Part shown: positions 31,137 to 36,148 of the stretch, piece after piece
How positions within the stretch are numbered: position 1 is the stretch's first letter
Layout of the letters: every line of letters starts with the position of its first letter
DNA from: Candidatus Woesearchaeota archaeon
GTDB lineage: Archaea > Nanobdellota > Nanobdellia > Pacearchaeales > GW2011-AR1
Direction of reading: 5' to 3'
NCBI GenBank assembly: GCA_964588735.1
Contig: CAZPQF010000001.1
Span: forward strand, 7,273 to 43,420
Length of the DNA stretch: 36,148 bases
The notes under the pieces: generated by a model
The model's database searches: none
Told to the model about the DNA's origin: nothing
What the model saw: the letters and a program-made list of their open reading frames with translations, nothing else
Program-made: the position numbers and the translations under genes

Positions 31137-33701
31137 CTACTTCTTTTTTCTTCTTTTTCTTTTCTTTTTCTTAAGTTTATTAATTCTTTTTACAGAAAAA
31201 AAAGCAAATACAAAAAAGAGGATAATTAAACTAATATTCACAAAAATATCAGAATTACTATCTCCTAATATGGCTAAACCACCAACAGGAGAACTTTTAC
31301 CTAACAAAACGTCTTCTCTTATAAAAGTAGATGCAACATTTGAATTAGCATTAATCAATAAATTATGTTCTCCACTTAAATAAATAGGAATATCTAAAAT
31401 ATCAGAAAATTGCTTCTCTTCTCCAGCACCAAGATTTTTTATATCAGAATATTCAACAACCCTTTCATTATTCTCATCTATTAAAAATAATTGAATTTCA
31501 ACTTCTTGTTCTTGATTAGAGAGTTCTTTTAATGAATAAACAACTTCTAAATTTTCGTCTACTTTTTTAATTTCAATTAAATTAATTTTTAATTTATCTT
31601 CAACAATATTAACTGAAAATTTAGTGGATTTGTCAGTTTCTTCACAAGATAATTTTACTTCAACAGAAGCAGAACTTTTTTCAACATCTTCCGGAACATT
31701 TACATTAATAATAAAATCATGAGATTCATCAATTGCTAAATCTTTACTATCACTTCCATCAACCCAAGAACCATATTTGCCTATACCACTTAGTTCACAT
31801 GAATTTAAAAAACTCTGTCCAGTATTTTTCACATTAACACTTATTTTTTTACTATCTCCTGGTTTTAAAGAAATATCAGAAATTGCCTGCATAGTAAATT
31901 GGGTTGTAACTTGAACAGTAGTAGTACTTGAACCTCCTCCGCCTCCACCACTGCTTCCTGTTGAACCGCTATCTTCAGACGTATCGACTGAAAAACTTGA
32001 ATTATCATTAGAACTTGAACCTAAAGAATTATTAATATATAAATTAGCAACATAATCCCCATCACTAGAAACATCAAAACTTGAATTAGAACAATTAGCC
32101 AAAGTAGTATTTTCTATAACACTTCCTCCAATAGAAGTCTTAACATTATGCCAACAAGTTAAATTTTCTCCAGTAGTTGTATATTGAAGAGATATTCCTG
32201 TTCTTGAAGATTTTGTTCCTATAGGTTCAATAATAGAAACAGCAACTCCAGTAGCATCAACATTAAAACTTGCACTATCACTAACTTCTTCTCCATTTGT
32301 ATCATTTGCATAAATTATAAGAGTATAAGAATTCCCATCAGCAACATCAAATGTGGAATTTCCACAATCAACAAGAGTTGTATTTGTCTCGCCATAATTT
32401 AGAGTATACCAGCAAGAATTCAAATTTCCGTCTGAATCTGAAACAGAATAATTTAAAGGAATTGAGACATTTGAAATATAAAGGGTGTTTTGCGGATTAA
32501 CAAGATTAAGAGTTGGGGCGGTGTTTAAAACAATATTAAATGTTACTGAACTGCTATTTTCATTTCCTGAAGAATCATTAGCATATGCAATAATTGTGTT
32601 GCTTCCCTCTGAAAAATTATAATAAACCTCGCTTGAATAAGTTATATTCTCTGAACCATTATACCACCAAATAGAATCTAAATTCACATCACTCGCTGAA
32701 ATATTAATTAAAATACTCTCTGTATTATATGTTTGGTTTAGAGGAGAAACTATTGAAATATTTGGAGATTGTTCATCAATCAAATCATAATCAATTGAAA
32801 CAGAATTTAATTGTGGTGTCTCATCTGAAGAAGGACTTTCCAATTCTACTTTATATTGAAAATATCTTCCTGTTAAATTCAAATTATTTAAATCAGCTGA
32901 CTGCCATGTTCCATCACTGCAATCAGAAGAAGAACAATTTTTAATTTGATATGATAAATTTGTTGAAGAAGAAAAATTTATATCAACAAAAACCCAATCA
33001 GTTGAATAATAATCCTTTGAATCTGCAGTTGGTTGTGTGCATCTCATCCATAAATTATTTATTTCTCCAGGAGTATCTACTTCAGAATTTGTTTTTAAAT
33101 CACAATTAAATAAAGTATTTTCAACTGCATCTTGAACACAAACCTCTGAATCCCATGTTGTTCCATTATCACGAGAGGTTTGAAATCCTATTTGCGCTCC
33201 ATTATCAATCCAAAGAACATCACAATAACCAATCACAAAATCAATAGTATAATCTAGAGATAAACTATTGTTCCAGCTCTGGACCTCAACTCTTTCCCAA
33301 GTTCCACTTCCATCATCAGCTTCAACATAAGAAGTTATGTCTCCCCCCCACTCGTCTTCTGCATAAGTTGGATTTAAGATTATAGAAGAAACAATAGAGG
33401 GCTCATTACTAATCTTACTAAGATTATTCCACATCGCATCTTCCCCTGCATCAAAAACCTTTGAAGTATAATTTCCAGTGATATTTGATTCAGACAAAAC
33501 AACAGCACTTCCATTATATTCAGTATTTTCATATGTTCCTAAATCAAATTCACTCTGATTTCCCTGTTCATAAATAGCATAACCCACAAAACCTGCTAAA
33601 CTTGGTTTCATTAAATACACAACACCAAATAATAAAACAACAATTACAGATAATATTAAATAAAATTTAATATTTTTACTAATTCCTCTTTTTATCTTCA
33701 T
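31137..33701 (-). CDS. Large cell-surface (S-layer/adhesin-like) protein with an N-terminal signal anchor, repeated Ig-like modules, a Gly/Ser/Thr linker, and a C-terminal TM helix with a poly-K/R tail
   Basis: 854 aa. The N-terminal hydrophobic segment is FYLILSVIVVLLFGVVYL. Many N-x-S/T sequons are present. Recurring modules such as SPNISIVSPLNQTYNT and APTLNLVNPQNTLY occur, followed by the SGSTGSSGGGGGGSSTTT linker. The C-terminus reads ISLIILFFVFAFFSVKRINKLKKKKRKRRKKK. Confidence 0.7.
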   Translation of the reverse strand: MKIKRGISKNIKFYLILSVIVVLLFGVVYLMKPSLAGFVGYAIYEQGNQSEFDLGTYENTEYNGSAVVLSESNITGNYTSKVFDAGEDAMWNNLSKISNEPSIVSSIILNPTYAEDEWGGDITSYVEADDGSGTWERVEVQSWNNSLSLDYTIDFVIGYCDVLWIDNGAQIGFQTSRDNGTTWDSEVCVQDAVENTLFNCDLKTNSEVDTPGEINNLWMRCTQPTADSKDYYSTDWVFVDINFSSSTNLSYQIKNCSSSDCSDGTWQSADLNNLNLTGRYFQYKVELESPSSDETPQLNSVSIDYDLIDEQSPNISIVSPLNQTYNTESILINISASDVNLDSIWWYNGSENITYSSEVYYNFSEGSNTIIAYANDSSGNENSSSVTFNIVLNTAPTLNLVNPQNTLYISNVSIPLNYSVSDSDGNLNSCWYTLNYGETNTTLVDCGNSTFDVADGNSYTLIIYANDTNGEEVSDSASFNVDATGVAVSIIEPIGTKSSRTGISLQYTTTGENLTCWHNVKTSIGGSVIENTTLANCSNSSFDVSSDGDYVANLYINNSLGSSSNDNSSFSVDTSEDSGSTGSSGGGGGGSSTTTVQVTTQFTMQAISDISLKPGDSKKISVNVKNTGQSFLNSCELSGIGKYGSWVDGSDSKDLAIDESHDFIINVNVPEDVEKSSASVEVKLSCEETDKSTKFSVNIVEDKLKINLIEIKKVDENLEVVYSLKELSNQEQEVEIQLFLIDENNERVVEYSDIKNLGAGEEKQFSDILDIPIYLSGEHNLLINANSNVASTFIREDVLLGKSSPVGGLAILGDSNSDIFVNISLIILFFVFAFFSVKRINKLKKKKRKRRKKK

Positions 33702-33932
33702 AATAAAAATAAGTTACCTTAATTTTTAAATATTGTTATAAATAAGAAAATTAATAATAAGTAATACCTACTATGTTCTTAAGTTATGCTCTAACCATCC
33801 CATATATTGAGCTTAGTAAATTATACTTATTGGACTAATCATAAGAAATCTGTAATGAATTATTTATATTATCAAATATTTTCCCTGCTTTAATTATAAT
33901 TAACATATCAACCATTACATTCCTTACCACCC

Positions 33933-33998
33933 ATAATCTCTATAATTATAATTCTATACCTAACTTAAAAACCTTAGAGAGACTTATTAATTATCAAT
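33933..33998. repeat. Copy A of a ~65-nt intergenic module (paralog of 35090-35156)
   Basis: The module is TAATCTCTATAATT ... ACCTAACTTAAAAACC-TTAGAGAGACTTATTAAT. On the minus strand it contains AAGGTTTTTAAG, which is TATA-like. Confidence 0.65.
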
Positions 33999-34073
33999 AG
34001 GGGTGGGTTAGGCGAATAATTTTACTATAGAAATTAAAATAAATAATAAGATAACAAAGTTGAAAGTTAGAGT

Positions 34074-34973
34074 TTAAACTTCAACTTTCATTAAATCCTT
34101 TCCTAAAATCGTGTTCTTAAAAAGTTTTTTAGCTTCTTTTAAAATTCTTTGTTTATCTTTACTTGTTTTCTGACTAATATGTAAAAGCAATAATTTTTTC
34201 GCACCAGCTTTTTTAGCAATTTTTCCTGCTTGTTCTGCAGTTAAATGCTTATGTTTTTTTGCTTTTTCTTTATCTTCATTAGAATAAGTAGACTCACAAA
34301 CTAATAAATCAGAATTTTCAGAAATTTTAATTGCATTTTCACAATATTTAGTATCAAACACAAAACTAATTTTCTTTCCTTTTTTACCATAAGTCAAATC
34401 TTTTGCTGTAATCAATTTTCCATTAATCTTAATATTTTTTCCTTTTTTTATTTCAGAGAGATGTTTTCCAGGTTTAATTTTAAATTTTTCTAATTTTTTC
34501 TTATCAATTTTTAATTTATTTTTTTCAACAAAAGCATAAGCATTTGTTTTTGTTCCATGAATTAATGGGATAGTTTCTAAATAAAAATCATTATTTTCAA
34601 ATATTTTTCCATTTTCAACTTCTTTAACTTTTATTTTTATTTTATCTTCAAATACAAAAAATTTCAAAAGCATATTAAAATATTTTTTAGTTCCTTTAGG
34701 AATATAAAATTCTAAAATTCTATTATAATTGCTAAAAGCTAAGGTCTGTAATAAACCAGGCAATCCTAAGATATGATCTCCATGCCAATGAGTAATTAAT
34801 ATTTTTGTTAATTTACAAGGATTAAGCCGCGCTTTTCTAAACTGTCTTTGAGTTCCTTCTCCACAATCTATCAAAATATTCTCCCGGCCATATTGTAATA
34901 GCACAGCTACATGATTTCTTTCTGCAGTTGGAATTGCTTGTCCTGTCCCAAGCAAAATAACTGGTATTTTCAT
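34074..34973 (-). CDS. rnz: Ribonuclease Z (tRNA 3' endonuclease, metallo-beta-lactamase fold)
   Basis: Motifs seen: LLGTGQAIPT, ILIDCGEGTQRQ, ILITHWHGDHILGLPGLL (HxHxDH), and a C-terminal LLLLHIS. Confidence 0.85.
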   Translation of the reverse strand: MKIPVILLGTGQAIPTAERNHVAVLLQYGRENILIDCGEGTQRQFRKARLNPCKLTKILITHWHGDHILGLPGLLQTLAFSNYNRILEFYIPKGTKKYFNMLLKFFVFEDKIKIKVKEVENGKIFENNDFYLETIPLIHGTKTNAYAFVEKNKLKIDKKKLEKFKIKPGKHLSEIKKGKNIKINGKLITAKDLTYGKKGKKISFVFDTKYCENAIKISENSDLLVCESTYSNEDKEKAKKHKHLTAEQAGKIAKKAGAKKLLLLHISQKTSKDKQRILKEAKKLFKNTILGKDLMKVEV

Positions 34974-35089
34974 TTAATAAAAAGGGAAATTTAGTTTAAA
35001 TAATTGACTAATAACTGATAATATAATTCATCTAATTTTAAAATTTTAAAAATAATTAATATATTAATTAATACATCACTTATTAATAC

Positions 35090-35156
35090 TAATCTCTACA
35101 ATTGCCCCCTAAACCTACTTAAAAACCCTTAAAGAGATTTATTAATAATTACAAAT
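35090..35156. repeat. Copy B of the ~65-nt intergenic module (paralog of 33933-33998)
   Basis: The module is TAATCTCTACAATT ... ACCTA-CTTAAAAACCCTTAAAGAGATTTATTAAT, in the same orientation as copy A. Confidence 0.65.
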
Positions 35157-35242
35157 CTATAAACTCAACTTAACAATCTTAAAAAAGTTTATCAAATAAA
35201 AATAATAACAAATTTTAAATATCTCTTATAATTAGTTTAATC

Positions 35243-36040
35243 ATGAGAAAAAACATTTTTACTACAATCACAATAATCTGTATATTTTATATATTTCTTT
35301 TATCCCTAGTTTTAGCACAAGTAAGCAATATACAAATATCAACAACTCAAGAAACTTTTAAACCAGGAGAAAATTTAACATTAAAAGTTTCTTTATATGA
35401 CAATAATAACAATTTAATAAAAGATAGTATAGATATCCAACTAACAGATGCAGAAAAAAACTTTTTAATTGAAAAAACAATTCCTTCAAACATATTAACA
35501 GATATTCAATTGCCAAAAGATGCGACTAAAGGATATTGGACAGCAACTGTAAATTATGAGCAAAAAAAAGCAGACGCTATTTTTTATGTTGAAACAAATG
35601 AAGAAATAGAATTTAGAATAGAAGAAGATAAACTATATATTAAAAATATAGGTAATATTCTCTATCACAAAACAATACAAATTTTAATCGGAAATACTCC
35701 AACTATAAAAGAAGCAAAATTAAGTCCAGGACAAGAAATATCTTATAGATTAATTGCACCAGATGGAATTTATGATGTTAAGGTAACAGATGGAGAAACA
35801 GATTTTTCTAAAGAAAAAGTATCTTTAACAGGGAAGGCAATTGGAATTGTAAGTGAAGAAATGCAAGATAGAAGCCCTATAACTGGATTGCGTCCAGAAG
35901 AAGAGGAAGCAGATTATTATGAGCAAAACCCATTTTCATATCTAAAACAAAGTAAATTCACTTATGTTTTTGTAATTGTTTTAACAGGCATGCTAATTCT
36001 AATAGTTATAGAAAGAATTTATAGTAAAAGAACTAGATAA
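35243..36040 (+). CDS. Hypothetical secreted/surface protein with an N-terminal signal sequence and a C-terminal TM anchor
   Basis: 265 aa. The hydrophobic N-terminus is IFTTITIICIFYIFLLSLVLA. The body looks beta-rich. The C-terminus is FTYVFVIVLTGMLILIVIERIY. Confidence 0.5.
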   Translation: MRKNIFTTITIICIFYIFLLSLVLAQVSNIQISTTQETFKPGENLTLKVSLYDNNNNLIKDSIDIQLTDAEKNFLIEKTIPSNILTDIQLPKDATKGYWTATVNYEQKKADAIFYVETNEEIEFRIEEDKLYIKNIGNILYHKTIQILIGNTPTIKEAKLSPGQEISYRLIAPDGIYDVKVTDGETDFSKEKVSLTGKAIGIVSEEMQDRSPITGLRPEEEEADYYEQNPFSYLKQSKFTYVFVIVLTGMLILIVIERIYSKRTR

Positions 36041-36043
36041 AAT

Positions 36044-36148
36044 TTATTTTTCTAAATTTGTTGAAGATGGAGAAATAAAAATTATGGTATCTCCTCTTAA
36101 AAAAGTCAAACCAATATTTCTTTTAACTTCGCCTTCTGACATCTCTTT
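36044..36148 (-). CDS. Sm-like (LSm/SmAP) protein, C-terminal 34 aa; the N-terminus is outside the window
   Basis: The reverse translation KEMSEGEVKRNIGLTFLRGDTIIFISPSSTNLEK* contains the Sm2 motif (LRGDTIIFISP). Confidence 0.55.
   Translation of the reverse strand, partial: KEMSEGEVKRNIGLTFLRGDTIIFISPSSTNLEK

Noticed and set aside
1746-32944. Track ORFs lying antisense to or inside well-supported genes: 1746-1931, 1912-2094, 5613-5822, 9190-9396, 12040-12270, 12765-13109, 15142-15366, 15622-15834, 16198-16440, 16310-16507, 17234-17647, 18412-18612, 22004-22204, 23172-23414, 24227-24478, 30127-30333 and 32729-32944.
   Set aside because: Each overlaps a longer ORF with clear family motifs on the other strand or frame. 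Their translations are low-complexity F/L/I/K strings, as expected from the complement of K/E/N-rich coding sequence in an AT-rich genome.

Overview
This is a strongly AT-rich, gene-dense and mostly housekeeping window. It reads as a small-genome, DPANN-like archaeon. The archaeal markers are GatD with a GatB/E-family partner, deoxyhypusine synthase, TFE, Alba, ribosomal protein S17e, an Sm protein, tRNA-splicing endonuclease EndA, RNase Z and an NreA-like protein. There are also four aminoacyl-tRNA synthetases (Pro, Ala, Leu, Gly) and four tRNA genes, and every tRNA gene contains an intron. Several genes have a TATA-like box at -30..-23 from the ATG, which suggests leaderless mRNAs. TGA is used as a stop codon three times. 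I found no rRNA, no CRISPR array and no recognisable transposase or integrase. The observations most worth follow-up are: (1) the LeuRS ORF carries a ~190-aa RBBP9/YdeN-type serine hydrolase domain inserted in frame beside an intact CP1 editing domain. (2) The HEPN partner of a wHTH-MNT gene is split by a 118-nt element made of exactly two stem-loops, and removing it restores the frame. (3) The tRNA genes show a non-canonical intron in tRNA-Met, a ~71-nt intron in tRNA-Cys, and an upstream partial copy of the tRNA-Cys 5' end carrying a 51-nt insertion. (4) Two ~65-nt paralogous intergenic modules bracket the RNase Z gene. (5) Further oddities are an N-terminal extension on GlyRS, a ~130-aa poly-lysine tail on TFE, a mini AlaRS and a compact GatE. 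All calls come from reading the sequence and ORF translations by eye; no searches were run.
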